The translations under genes were made by a program, and so were the position numbers. From the NCBI RefSeq assembly GCF_004010195.1, contig NC_057719.1:61188928-61247524 (forward strand): 58,597 bases of DNA. The letters are read 5' to 3'. Below, one piece after another: positions 35,963 through 48,326 of the stretch. A model generated the notes under the pieces. It did no database searches. It was not told the DNA's origin and saw only the letters and a program-made list of their open reading frames with translations. Every line of letters begins with the position of its first letter. Within the stretch, counting starts at the first letter, position 1. The DNA comes from Chiloscyllium plagiosum (Eukaryota).

Positions 35963-38624
35963 CCCCTCAAAGATCAGCAAGGCAGCCTTTGTGTGGAGCC
36001 GCAGGAGATGGAAAGATACTAAACGACTATTTTGCATCAGTATTTACTGTGGAAAAGGATACAGAAGATATCGAACGTAGGGATAAGATAGTGACGTCTT
36101 GAAAAATGTTCATATTATAGGGGAGGAAGTGCTGGATGTCTTGAAACACATAAAAGTGGATAAATCCCCAGGACCTGATCAGGTATACCCTAGAACTCTG
36201 TGAGAAATTAGTGGTGTGATTACTGGGCCCCATACTGGGCCCCATGCAGAGATAGTCACAGGTGAGATGCCAGAAGACTGGAGTTTGGCTAACGTGGTGC
36301 CACTATTTAAGAAAGGCGGTAAAGACAAGCCAGGAAACTGTAGACTGGTGAGCCTTACGTCGGTGATGGTCAAGTTGTTGGAGGGAATCCTGAGGGATAG
36401 GATATACATATATTTGGAAAGGCAAAGATGGTTTAGGGATACCCAACATGACTTGGTGCATGGGAAGTCATGTCTCACAAACTTGATTGAGTTTTTTGAA
36501 GAAGTAACAAAGAGGACTGATGAGGGCAGAGCAGTGGACATAATTTATATGGACTTCAGTAAGGCATTCGACAAGGTTCCCCATGGAAGACTGTTTAGCA
36601 AGGTTAGATCTTATGAAATATAGGGAGAACTAGCCATTTGGATCTTTAAAAAACTGGCTGAAAGATCGAAGACAGAGGCTGGTGGTGGATGGCTGCTTTT
36701 CAGATTGGAGGCCTGTGACCAGTGGAGTACCACAAGGGTTAGTGCTGGGTCCACTACTTTTCGTCATTTATGTAAATGTTTTGGATGTGAGCATAAGAGG
36801 TACAGTTAGTAAGTTTGCAGATGACACCAAAATTGGAAATGTAATGGAGAGTAAAGAAGGTTACCTCTGATTTCAATGGGATCTTGATCAGATGGACCAA
36901 TGGGCTGAGGAGTGGCAGATGGACTTTAATTTAGATAAATGCAAGATGCTGCACTTTGGGAAAGCAAATCTTAGCAGGACTTATACGCTTAATGGTAAGG
37001 TCCTAGGGAGTGTTGCTGAACAAAGAGACCTTGGAGTGCAGGTTCATAGCTCCTTGAAAGTAGAGTCACAGGTAGATAGGATAGTGAAGAAGGAGCTTGC
37101 TATGCTTTCCTTTAATGGTCAGAGTATTGAGGATAGGAGTTGGGAGGTCATATTGCGGCTGTACAGGACATTAGTTAGGCCACTGTTGGAATATTGCATG
37201 CAATTCTGGTCTCCTTCCTATCAGAATGATGTTGTGAAACTTGAAAGGGTTCAGAAAAGATTTACAAGGATGTTGCCAGGGTTGGAGGATTTGAGATAGA
37301 GGGAGAGGTTGAACAAGCTGGGGCTGTTTTCCCTGGAGCGTTGGAGGCTGAGGGGGCGACCTTATAGGGATTTATAAAATCATGAGGGCATGGATAGGAT
37401 AAATAGACAAAGTATTCTCCTAGGGATGGGGAGTCCACGATTCGAGGGCACAGGTTTAGGGTGAAAGGGGAAAGATATAAAAGAGACCTGTGGGGAAACT
37501 TTTTCACTCAGAGGGTGGTATGTATATGGAATAAGCTGCCAGAGGCTAATACAATTGCAACATTTAAAAGGCATCTGGATAGGTATATGAATAGGAAGGG
37601 TTTGCAGGGATATGGGCTGGGTGCTGGCAGGTGGGACTAGATTGGGTTGGGATATCTGGTCGGCATGAACAAGTTGGATTAATGAGTTTTTTCCATGCTG
37701 TACATCTTTATGACTCTACTAAATCCTGGAAAGATCACATGGTACAGTTGGCAGAGCTCTCTGAACGATTACAAGAAGCAAAACTGGTGACAAACTTAAA
37801 TAAAACTGAATTCCCGAAAACAGAGGTGGCGTTCTTGTGACATAACATCAGTCATGGAAGATTGACCCCACGGAACGCAAAGACGAAGTCCATCGAGGAA
37901 CTTCCACAACCAACCTCAAAGAAAGAGGTGCTTCGATTTTTAGGACTCAGCAGATTCTATTGGAAGTTTGTTCCAAAGTTTGTTCCGATTTGCTGAAGAA
38001 GTCAACAAAGTTTCTGTGGACTGAACAATGTCAGGACGCATTCGACCATTTTAAATCAATATTAACCACCAAACTTTTCAAAACCTTTTAAAGTCGTCAT
38101 TGATGCTAGTGACATAGGAGTTGGAGCTGTACTCCGACAGGAAGATGAGAATGGGATTGAACTGCCAGTTGGTTGCTTTTCAAAGATGATCAACATCCAC
38201 CATAGGGAATACACCACTACTGAAAAAGAACTATTTAGTTTGGTACTGACCTAACAACATTTTAATGTGTATATCACAAACAATGTGTCAGAGACAGCGG
38301 TGTACATGGATCATAATCCTCTTACATTCTTCGAATGCTTTAAAGATAAGGATATGAGACTATTTCAATGGAGTCTTCTGTCACAGACTTTTAATTTAAA
38401 AATTGTACATGTTGTGGGCCGTAAGAATGTAATCACAGATGCGTTCTCGCAGATTTAACTGATAAAGTTTAGGTGAGATTTGTATTTATTTAATTATATA
38501 CGGAAGAAGATAAGGTCAACATTGATTTAAGTTATCAGTGTGTTAGGGTAATGTGCTTAAAGAATAGAGAAAAAATGAAGCCATCTTTTCATTATGATGG
38601 TTTATTTTTTTCTTAACGGAGAGA

Positions 38625-39344
38625 CGTTGTGAAGATGTCTCAAGGGTGTACTGTCCCTTGAAGAAAGTTAAAAGCTAGCAGAACTACCTGACAGCACCAA
38701 GTGTTCTGAACAAGATATAATGTAAATTGTTGGGCCAGCAGCTAGTGTAGCTGGTTGCCTGGACATAAGAACAAATTTGAATTGGCCTAATCAGTTTAAA
38801 TTATACCAAAAAAACCCCAACTCTAATCAAGTTTGAATTTACTATATTGACAATGTTAAAAGCCAATGACACAATCGACGCTTTGGGGGTATAAGACTGG
38901 GGAAAAACTGAACAGTTGGGGGAGAACCGCCAAGCCACCAACACATGCAGATGGTCCAAAAAATAGCGCTCTTAAAGGTACCTTTATTGATCAGTGACCT
39001 GTGCAACAGAAATCCCAAAGAAGAAAAGAAGACAGAGGAAGATATAAAGAGAAGATTCGACAGCTGGCTAGTTTTGAAATTTGAATTTTTGGTAAATCTT
39101 AATCGGGGTTTTATCAGACTACTGTTGCAGAAGGGGAAGGTAAAAGATAGGTTTGGGAAAGGAGTTGTAAATAGTTGTTAGTTAATTATTCTCTATTATA
39201 CTTAAAGAAATAAAGTTGTTAATTTTTACTTTAAATAGTTACCTTTGGGATAGTTCTTGAATTTTCACAGATTACCGCACAGGGTGAATCTTTTCTGTGC
39301 TGCTGGTTTAAAATAGCAGAGGGTGTTTACTCCGTGTCATTACA
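38625..39344 (+). repeat. Gypsy 3' LTR
   Basis: Aligns over full length to 31354-32073; ends ATTACA. Confidence 0.93.
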
Positions 39345-39900
39345 CTTGAATGGGTCTTGGAAAGAGGCAACCATTGTCAATGGTTCAATATGTATGAGTC
39401 AGAACAGCTCACTGCATAACTAGTGCAGATGTTGAAAATATGGCACTTATGGTCACAAAACAATTGAACATTAAGAGAGTGAAATCATTTTCCGTTCACA
39501 AAAAGAATTGGTTCATGATAGGGTGCTTTCAAAACACTGTGTATAGAATTGATAGTACCCTGCATCATGGGAAGGCAGCAATGGTTGAGATTCCTGATGC
39601 CAGGAATCTAAGCTGTTTGACTGGCCACATCAAGGCATAAAGAAATGAAGGTGGGTGGACTCTTATGATGCAATTATGAGTGACATTGTGAGACTCGACA
39701 CAGGCTTTCAATTTCTTAATCAAACAAGTTACTGGCACAGAAATTAAGGGCATATGTAACATTAAGGGCTGTTGGGGTGGGATTGTCGCCCAGTCTTTGC
39801 ATGCAAAGCTTTTATGCAACAGTTGGCATAGGTGTGACCTGATGGCTTAAAACATATTTTTTAATATCCTTCAGCATTGCACCTCAGTTATTTGCAGATA
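39345..39900 (-). pseudogene. Harbinger (HARBI1-like) DDE transposase remnant, N-terminal and central part
   Basis: Minus strand HLCQLL..VTYALNFCAS, IAAFP..QGTINSIH, FVNGK*FHSLNVQLFCDH..YAVSCSDSYIL match HARBI1-family motifs (GFPxVxGxIDCTH, NRKGFHSINVQ, PGSxHD). Confidence 0.82.
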
Positions 39901-40765
39901 GGCACAAGGTATTCGCAGTTCCATACACAACTATAAAACTCCTTGATGGAATATATCCTATTCCTCTCTTTCTCAGCTGTCATTCTTCCAAAATCTGTAA
40001 AACCTCACATCTCTGTTGTCTTCTATGCTTGTTTCTACCGAGAAGCAGCACCCCAAAAGAATGTCTGGATTAGCCTCAACCAAGCTGCAGACTTAATCCT
40101 CATTATCCACTGATTTGCTACCCACAGATCTAAACACTCATGAGGTTGGATCCAGACCATAATTATTTTCACTCCATCGTCCTTGGTAAACTGATTGCAG
40201 GATCCTTCATAGTACATAGGACTGGTATCCACATTGTTTTTGTTATCCACAGACCCCTTTGCCTCACTGTTAACAAGCACTGAGTGTAGTAGTGCAGATC
40301 TGAGAGAAAAGCCATGGTATCCTTCGTAACGAAGTTGAATGTTATGCCCTCACATGAGTTACTCTTGAGCTTGTGTATTACTGTATGGAAACATTTAAGA
40401 ACTTAGAATGCTGTATCCTCTCCTTATGTAAGATTGTTCTACAATTTCTCCATATGTCCTTAGCATGAGGTGACTGTCAGGAGGCTCACCTGCAAATGCC
40501 CCACCCCACCAAATTCCACTTCAGTGGTAAACTAATAACAGTTAGGTTTTCTATTATTTTGGAGGCTTCAAATCTTTAGGTGTGTGTGCCTTGCCAATTG
40601 AGAAAACAAGACTGTGAATGGCAGCTGCAGTGTTACATTGGGTAATGTTGAGCTCAAAGATCACAAAGTGGCAATCAGTTGGCACAATGTACTACAAATG
40701 ACTCCTTGTCTGAACTGGATTACTTGAAGATTGTTGACTTACAGGTTAAGTATAAATTGAAAGCA

Positions 40766-41009
40766 GTTGACTGTGTGGAGTTTGCACATTCTCCCTGTGT
40801 CTGCGTGGGTTTCCACCAGGTGCTCCGGGATTTCCTCCCACAATCCAAAGATGTGCAGGTTAGGTGAATTGGACATGCTAAATTGCCCATTGGTCAAGGT
40901 AAATATAGGATAATAGGTCGGGGAATGGGTTTGGGTGGGTTACTCTTCGGAGGGTCGGTGTGGACTGGTTGGGCTGAAGGGCCCGTTTCCACACTGCAGG
41001 TATTCTATG
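40766..41009 (+). mobile_element. HE1 SINE, 5'-truncated
   Basis: V-domain and tail present, tRNA head absent. Confidence 0.92.
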
Positions 41010-41039
41010 TAATTATTTAATCATATTAATAATGCCATC

Positions 41040-41720
41040 TGTGTCCCTCTTGTGATGCAGAGGTAGCATCTTTACCTTTCCACTGAGGCACTTGGGTTCA
41101 AGTCTCAGCTGCTCCAGAGGTTTGTAATAATATCTCTGAAGAGGTTGATTAGAAAAATAGGTTAATTTTTTTTTAAAATACCATTTGGGGGCCCACATGT
41201 GATGTAGGGGTAGTGTACCTATCCCTGGACCAGGATGTCCCGGTACAAGTGTCATCTGCTCCAGAGGTATTATAACATGGCTGAACAGGTTGTTCAGGAA
41301 ATATAGTTCTGATTAGTTTAGTCAAGGCATGGGAAGTTTAAGGAGCACTTGTGGCTCATTGGTAGCATCCCTACTTTTGGACCAAGAGACCAGGCTTCAA
41401 GTCCCACTTGCTCCAGAGGTCTGTAAAAACATTTCTGAACAGGTTTCTTCGAAAAATTGGTTAATAAAAATGAATAAATAAATAATGGCATCCAGGGGCC
41501 CTCTTGTTGCGCAATGGTAGTGTCCCTACCCCAGGATCAAGAGGTGAGGATTCAAGTCCCACCTGCACCAGAGGTACCTAATAACATCTCTGACCAGATT
41601 GATGAGAAGCATACATCCAGACTCAAAAAACAATACCATGCGGGTCCCTCTGTTGACACAGTGGTTATGTCCTTACCCCTTAACCATGACTACCAGGTTC
41701 AAGTGCCACTTGCTCTAAAT
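41040..41720 (+). repeat. Tandem array of five diverged tRNA-like short SINE units (~150 bp period)
   Basis: B-box-like motifs at ~41094, 41242, 41393, 41548 and 41696, each followed by (C/T)TGC(T/A)C; units 1-4 continue CAGAGG..CTGA..AG.TT. Confidence 0.82.
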
Positions 41721-41739
41721 TAAGGGTGAGACTAATTAT

Positions 41740-42390
41740 GGAGCAAAAAGTTACTCTTCTTGTAGAGACAGAAGGCATGGTTGAGATAATAAATGAGCAC
41801 TCACCTTCTGCTTTAGTGAAGATTAATGCACAGGAAAAGACAATAGAAACAGTCAGTTGGTTAAACGTTGATAAAAGCATTGATGGTTCTCAAAGAGAGA
41901 AACATCACCCAATCTAAATTGGAGACATCATAGGTTATGGAGGGAAGGGGAAGGAAGAGTAGAAATTGCTCTGATCAACATCATATAATCCGTTTGAATA
42001 TGTTGGTGGTGCTAGAGAACTTGGACTGTAAACATTTTAACCGTAGAGGCCAATCAGCACAACAGTTAGGGTAGAAAAATTTGGGACAATGCTCCAGGAC
42101 AAACTTAATTGACATTTGGAAAGTGGTGCAATGATAAATGAAAGTTATTGTGGAATTATTAAAGGAAAATTGTACCAGATATCTTGATTCAGTACATAAA
42201 ACATAATTTTGAAGTTTGGAGATGACATAAACCTCAGAACCATAGTAAACAATAAGGAAGGTAGTAACAGGTTCCAATGGATCACAGTCAGATGGTAAAA
42301 TGGACAAATATATGACAGATGAATGTTTAACATAGAAGTGTGATGTGTTACACTTCTGATCAGAAGAACAGTACAACTTTAAAATAGGTC
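41740..42390 (+). mobile_element. Decayed CR1 fragments
   Basis: ILKFGDDINL, WTNI*QMNV..KCDVLHF motifs and 3' UTR-like pieces. Confidence 0.55.
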
Positions 42391-43330
42391 TCGAGAGATC
42401 TGCAAGTGTTGAGAAGGCTCCTAAAAGAGTTTCTTAAAGTGATGCAGCACCAAACATTGACAATGGAAGAATCATTGAGCTCTTGTGCACCACCATGGTT
42501 CACTGATCATGAACAGCTCTATGTAGCTGCTGTCCAAGTGTTTCAAGAACTGCACATTGGCATTCACAAAATGCATACGAAGCTCCATAACACTAACCAG
42601 TCACTGTTGCTCATGGAACAAAGATACTGGACTGGAAGACAGTAATGCCCCACCTGTCGTTCTCTTCCAGTAATTTAGAACATGACCAGAGGGCTGAAGC
42701 AGTCACTGTGGATGATAAGTCATATCATGAGACAAAATCTTCATCATTAGCCTCCACAACTCCTTTGACTGAGCAATTATCTGTCCAGCAGAACTTTGTG
42801 ATGGAAGCCGAACTTACACAGACACTAGTGCAGGTGCCTCAGGAAGTAATCTCAATTGGCATCTCCATGACAAGCACCACATGTGTTTCAGTTGCAAACT
42901 GTGAACAGACTAACTCCATGTCTGAGGCCTTAGGGGACCATCACATAGAAGTGGCCTGAAGTAGAGGCCAGTGTATTGGTCACAGCACTGATTGTTCACT
43001 GGATTTCTTTCACTTGTAAATGTGAATTTGATGATTTATTGTTAACACTATAAATATTGTGACATGATCAGTGACATGAGCCTTCAATGACCAATCTGCT
43101 TCCTCCTCCTCAGATGAACTGTGTTGATTTTGCACTCACATCAAGATCCACAGGAGGACAGGTGATGGAGAATGTAGCAGATTACCAACAAGTCCAGTTA
43201 TCTGATATATGTTTTCCGAAGCCCAATGCCCTGAATTATGGTGGTCCTTCTGAACTGATGTTGACAGCTTACCTCTGTTTCAGGGTCACATCAAGGGGTG
43301 AGTACCCTTCTCTTCAGGCTCTACCAAGAA
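42390..43330. mobile_element. Possible second Harbinger remnant (ORF2 tail on +, transposase tail on -)
   Basis: Minus strand QGIGLRKTYIR*LD..VICYILHH weakly resembles IGLLKxRFRCLD..CCxLHN. Confidence 0.3.
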
Positions 43331-43790
43331 CTATCTCTTGAACTGTGCATGGAGTTAGATAGAGGCATAGAAAGCAGTGGCAGGCAGCTGTGACTGATTC
43401 AAGGAGAAGGCACATGGGATTTGCCAAAAGAGCAAGCAGTGATGAAAGGTACAAAAAATATATTGTTGTTATATTTGGAATCTAACTTTTGATTTTATTC
43501 TCTGGCAGTACACATGTCGATCCTAAGCATGGAACCACTTTTTGTAGGAGCAGAGGTTCAGTAGGTTGGGCTTGTACTCAGTGGAGTTCAGAAGAATGCA
43601 TCCGATTAAGATGGTGGCAGAGGACATAGAACATAGAACAATACAGCACAGTACAGGCTCATCGGCCCTCAATGCTGTCCCGACCTTTTCTCCACCTTAA
43701 GATCAAACTGACCTACATAACCTTCATTGTTCTATCTTCCATGTGCCTCTCCAAGAGTTGCTTAATTGTCCCTAATATCTGACTCAACTA

Positions 43791-44376
43791 AGAAGCACAC
43801 ACACACGCAAAAACATACTCTCTCAGGTGCACTCATACTCACAAGCACACAGGCTCTCTCCCTCACATGCACACGTGCGGGCACACACACAAAGTCTATG
43901 AGATGAATTCGTATTTGCAGATACATTCTATTTTTACTCAAAAAACACACAACCTGCAGGCAGCCAATGCAAGCAGTCAATCCATATAATATTATATAAA
44001 TGTCTACTTTGGAAACAGAACCAGTCTGACTCAAGATTGGGATAAAGTCAGACTCTAACCTCATACCTTTAATACATTGTCTGAGCTGAGATGTCACCTT
44101 CTTTTATAAAACCTTAAGTTATCTCAAATATGTGATTTAAAATAAGTTCTGGGACTAACATATTAATGAAGTGAAACCTGCAACTCATTCTAAAAGATGA
44201 AAGACTTAACAGCAATCTAGGTTTGTTCAATATATTATCTCAATTGCATGACACTGATCTTTTGCTATAAATTTGGTGCCTTGTGATCCTGCCTGATGAA
44301 GGAGCAGCACTCTGAGAGCTAGTACATCCAAATAAATTTGGATGATAACCTGGTGTTGTATGATTTTTAACTTTGT
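43791..44376 (+). mobile_element. Penelope pLTR / 3' UTR with degenerate hammerhead motif
   Basis: CA-rich start, CCTGATGAAGGAGCAGCACTCTGAGAGCTAGT, terminus ACCTGGTGTTGTATGATTTTTAACTTTGT. Confidence 0.85.
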
Positions 44377-44922
44377 TCTGCTAATGAAAGCAAACACTAT
44401 ACACCTTCTTATCAACCCTATCAACTTGCGTGGCAACTTAAAGAACCACTTCACACTTTTCCAGGTTGAACTCCATATGCCACTTATCAGCCCAGCTCTT
44501 CAACCTGTCAATATCCTGTTGCAATCTACAACAGCCCTCCATACTATCCACTATAATCTTCATGTCATTGGCAAACTTACTAACCCACACTTCCACTTCC
44601 TCATCGAAGTCATTTATAAAAATCACAAAGAGTAGAGGTCCCAAAACCGATCCCTGCGGAACACCACTGGTCACCAAGCTCCAGACTGAATACTTTCCAT
44701 CTACCACTACCCTCTATCTTCTTTGGGCCAGCCAATTCTGTATCCAAACAGCCAGATGTCCCTGTATCCCATGTCTCCTTACTTTCTGAATGAGCCTACC
44801 GTGGGGAAGCATGTCAAACACCATGCTAAACTCCATGTACAATACATCCATTGCTTTACCTTCATCAATGTGTTTTGTCACATCCTCAAAGAATTCAATA
44901 AGGTTAGTGAGGCATGACCTGC

Positions 44923-45046
44923 TCCGATCAAGGGCTTATCCCGAAACGTTGATTCTCCTGCTCCTCGATGCTGACTGACTTGTTGTGCTTTTACAGCACC
45001 ACACTCTCGACTCTGATCTCTAGCATCTGCAGTTTTCACTTTCTCT
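44923..45046 (+). mobile_element. Hammerhead-motif Penelope-terminus insertion (degenerate core)
   Basis: AGGGCTTATCCCGAAACGTTGATTCTCCTGCTCC..GCATCTGCAGTTTTCACTTTCTC interrupts CR1; only a CTGC micro-duplication. Confidence 0.82.
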
Positions 45047-46974
45047 CTGCCCCTCACAAAGTAAGGTGTTCCAGCCGGAGCTCCTCTGCTCACCAGCACC
45101 TTTTCATGTTTTTTTTTGTTTTTCTTTTTTCCTTCTTGCTGCAGTTTTTCTTCGGCTCAACTTTTAACTTTGTAAACTTGGAGTAGAGAACGAAGTCCAA
45201 GACCAGCCCAGTGCAGGATTCGAGTTGCAGCTGGAAGAGTTGAGTCCTGGATATGAGCGACAGCCGGAGCACAAAGTAGCAGTAGAGTGAGTGCGGGCCG
45301 AGTCCTGGAAGGGAGCCCCGGCCAGAGCAGGAGCACAGTGAGAGCAGGCTCAGTCCTGAGAGCGAGGCATTCTGGACTTTTAAACTCTGCACTCCCAATC
45401 CAATTTTCTTTTATTATTTCAACTCTGTAACAACACTTAAAGTATCTGTATCTAGGTACCCTGTACCTAAGATGCTGTTGAGAGGTGGCAATTCAAACAT
45501 CTTACTGCACTCATTCGAGTGCACATGACAATACAAGAATATAAGGCGACCTTATCGAAACATAAGATTCTGAGATTGACAAAGTAGCTGAGGCAGTTTC
45601 CCATTTTGGCAGAGTTTAAGACCAGAGGGCATAATTTCAGAGTATGAGGTCACTCATTTAAGACAGAGATGAGGAGAAATTTCTTCTCTGAGAGTCATGA
45701 ATCTGTGGAATTCTTTATTATGGAGGGCTGTCAAGGCTATGTTACTAAAGTAGAGATAAAGCAGAGATAGAAGGTTATTCTGTAAGAGAATCAAGGGTAA
45801 GGAGATAAGGAAGGAAAGTGGAATTTCAGGATTATCAGATCAGCCATGACCTCTTTGAACAACGGAGGAGACTCAATGGGCCAAATGGTCCACTTCTGCT
45901 CCTACATCTCATGATCTTATCCAGATGAAATTTAATATTTACTTCCTTTGAGATTAATGGTAATCAATATTACATCTTTGCGAAATATTCAATATGACTA
46001 CACAAGTAAGCTTTTTGAAACAAGTGGAATAGCCCTTTGTTGGTACCTTTCATTCAAAATTCATAGTAACAAATGGAAGTAGATAACAAAATGTTATACT
46101 GCAAATGGAGAAGTCTCAATGCAAGAAATTTGCAAGATTACTGCAAATGTGCAACAATGATGCAACTACAGGTATGAAATGAGTTGCAAAATGCATTCCA
46201 TGCTTTTGAAACTGTATACTTTTGTATGTTAAACATACAGGCTAGGCCTTAAGTAATTAGTTACAAGGAGACAAACCAATGAAAAGTGGGGTAGAGATGG
46301 TTTGAGGCAGTGTAGTAAATTGTTCCATTTTTGCAGGTAATCTAAATGCAAACTAGAAGCAACTTATCATGACAATGGATTTTTCACCATCTGGTCAAAT
46401 AACAGGGGATTTGTCTAGTGACAAGCAAAGAATGGAATGATGTGAGAAAGATTAGCGGGCAAGTCTTACAGTTGACTAAAATGTATTTTGTGCAAACAAG
46501 AACAGATGACGCCTCAACAATTACACCTGTCAAAAACTCCAGAAAGCAATCCATCTCTGAACAGCTCTGTAGAAAACAGGCAAATTCACAGCAAAATGAT
46601 GTTTTTTTACAGTTGCCAAGAAATACTTAGATGCATGAAAAGGTAGAAAGTCTGATATCAAGTACTGATACTCCAATTCACCTTTACCTGCTTCAAAAAT
46701 CTCAAGGTACAGTAATTCCAAAAAAAACTTCAATAACTAAACAATATTCAAAAATATGACATATACTATCTTAAACCAAAGTCTGTTTTGGGTCTGAATC
46801 AAAATAATGACATTCATGAGATTAAAAAAAGTTAAATCTATTTTCAGTCAAATGCTTAATTTCTAAGCAAGGAGTGATGCTAGGATCATAAAGAAACCAA
46901 TTGTCTTATAGGCTGAATAAATGCAAAGATCAAAAAAGTAAATGAAAATTTGTTTTGCAAATTCAAGTTCAAAC

Positions 46975-48325
46975 ATGAACAGCCAACTGTCGGAGCAAAA
47001 GTAGGCTTTTCAACCCACTGAGCTCTGCCATTAATGAGATCATGGCTGATCAGGTAGTCCACAACTCAACTTTTCCCATCTTTTCCCCATTACCCTCAAT
47101 TCCCTTACTGATTAAAATTCTCTCTATGTCGGCCTTGAATATACTCAACAACCTCGCATTGACAGTCCCATGGTAAAGAATTCCACAGATTCACTACCCT
47201 CTTAGAGAAGAAATTTCTCATCTCTGTCTAAATGTGTGACCCCTTATTCTGAGATTATCCCTTCTGGTCCTAACCTCACCCACAAGTGGACACAACCTTT
47301 CCGCTTCAACTCTGTTAAGTTCCCTCAGAATATTGTTTCAATAAGATCACCTGTCATTCTTCTAATTTCCAACAATAAAGGCCCAAACTCCTCTCGTAAG
47401 GCAGTTGCTCCATACCTAGCATCAACTTTATGAACATTCTCTGAACTGCATCCATTGCCAGGATATCTTTCATTAGGTATGGGGCCTAATACAGTTCACA
47501 GTATTCTAGCTGTGGTCTGACGAGTGCCTTGTATAGTTTTAGCAAAACCTCCCTACTTTTGTACTGCATTACCTTTGAAATAAAGACCATTTATCTTCTC
47601 TATTACCTGCTGAACTTGGTGGTTCATGGACAGGACTCACAAATTCCACTGTTCTATAGCTTTCAACAGTCTATTTAAATAATGTTCAGCTCCTCTATGT
47701 TCCTTGACGAAGTACATAATCTTACATTTTCCCACATTATATTTTATCTGCCAAGTTTATGCTTACTCTCAACCTGCCTATATTTCCCAACAGACTGTTT
47801 CTGTCATCCTCACCACTTGCTTCCCGACTTATTCCGATTTAATCTGCAAACTTGGCTATTGTGCACTCAATCACTTTTCTCAACCAAATCATCAGTAAGT
47901 ATTGTGAATAATTGAGGCCCCAATTGAAGATTAAATGTGGTTAAATTATGCCGGTGGCTCTTTACTTATTACTGATTGCCAACCTGAAAATGTCCCTCTT
48001 ATGCCAACTCTGTTGTCTATGATTTAGCCAATTCTCTATCTCTGCTAACAGACTACGTCCAACACCATGACCTTTTGTATTTTTTTTTCATATAATCAAC
48101 CAGTTCAAAGATGTTACTACATACCCTGGGGCAAGTAGGACATAAACACAGGTCTCCTGGCTCAGACGTAGGGACACCATCACCGGGACACAACAGCACT
48201 AGAACCCATAAGCTCTTATTATTAAGTAGCCTAATGTCTGGTGCCTTATCAAATGCCTTCTGAAAATCTAAATTGCTTCCCCTCATCTACTCTGTTGCTA
48301 CATCCTCAATGAATTTGAGTAAATT
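46975..48325 (-). mobile_element. CR1 LINE 3' portion
   Basis: Minus strand LDFQKAFDKAP, LLKLYKALVRPQLEYC and 3' UTR. Confidence 0.88.
48071..48202 (-). mobile_element. Monomer of the tRNA-like short unit found in the 41 kb array
   Basis: Reverse complement GGTGTCCCTACGTCTGAGCCAGGAGACC..CTACTTGCCCCAGGG..TAACATCTTTGAACTGGTTGATTA with A-rich tail; interrupts CR1. Confidence 0.75.
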
Positions 48326-48326
48326 G

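Larger units (their letters stand above)
35126..37718 (+). mobile_element. CR1 LINE (5'-truncated ORF2 to 3' end) nested in Gypsy RT
   Basis: VVMVGDFNFPNID endonuclease, IYMDFSKAFDKVPH, SGVPQGLVLGP, FADDTK, 3' UTR; Gypsy RT resumes with KSWKDH. Confidence 0.96.
29626..39344 (+). mobile_element. Gmr1-type Gypsy composite with three LTR copies
   Basis: LTR stub 29626-29688, RNase H tail + PPT, LTR 31354-32073, PBS, gag (FISFEKL.., CFHCGKVGH), protease LRDT, RT (YLDD at 35102), RNase H (IDASDIGVGAVL, DHNPL), LTR 38625-39344; flanks CTTC/CTTG. Confidence 0.92.
43622..45060 (-). mobile_element. CR1 LINE fragment
   Basis: ORF 44438-44707 SGVPQGSVLGPLLFVIFINDFD..KFANDMK; terminal repeat ACATAGAACATAGAAC at ~43625. 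Confidence 0.92.
43598..45534 (+). mobile_element. Non-coding retro-element (43598-43621 + 45061-45534) with stem-loop and GACAATA tail
   Basis: AAGATGGTGGC start, 3' hairpin TGCACTC-ATTC-GAGTGCA (45506-45523), flanked by AAGAAT duplication. Confidence 0.6.
43545..45920 (+). mobile_element. CR1 3' fragment split by nested insertions (43545-43597 and 45535-45920)
   Basis: RLGLYSVEFRR | GDLIET continuity with AAGAAT duplicated at 43592-43597 and 45535-45540. Confidence 0.8.

Noticed and set aside
41040..41720. tRNA gene cluster or CRISPR-like array
   Set aside because: Units lack a consistent cloverleaf or anticodon and are ~150 bp and diverged; they fit tRNA-derived SINE units better.
46470..46566. 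Minus-strand 97 nt AG..GT-bounded open frame (SCSEMDCFLEFLTGVIVEASSVLVCTKYILVN)
   Set aside because: No recognisable protein similarity and no partner exons; such sites occur by chance.
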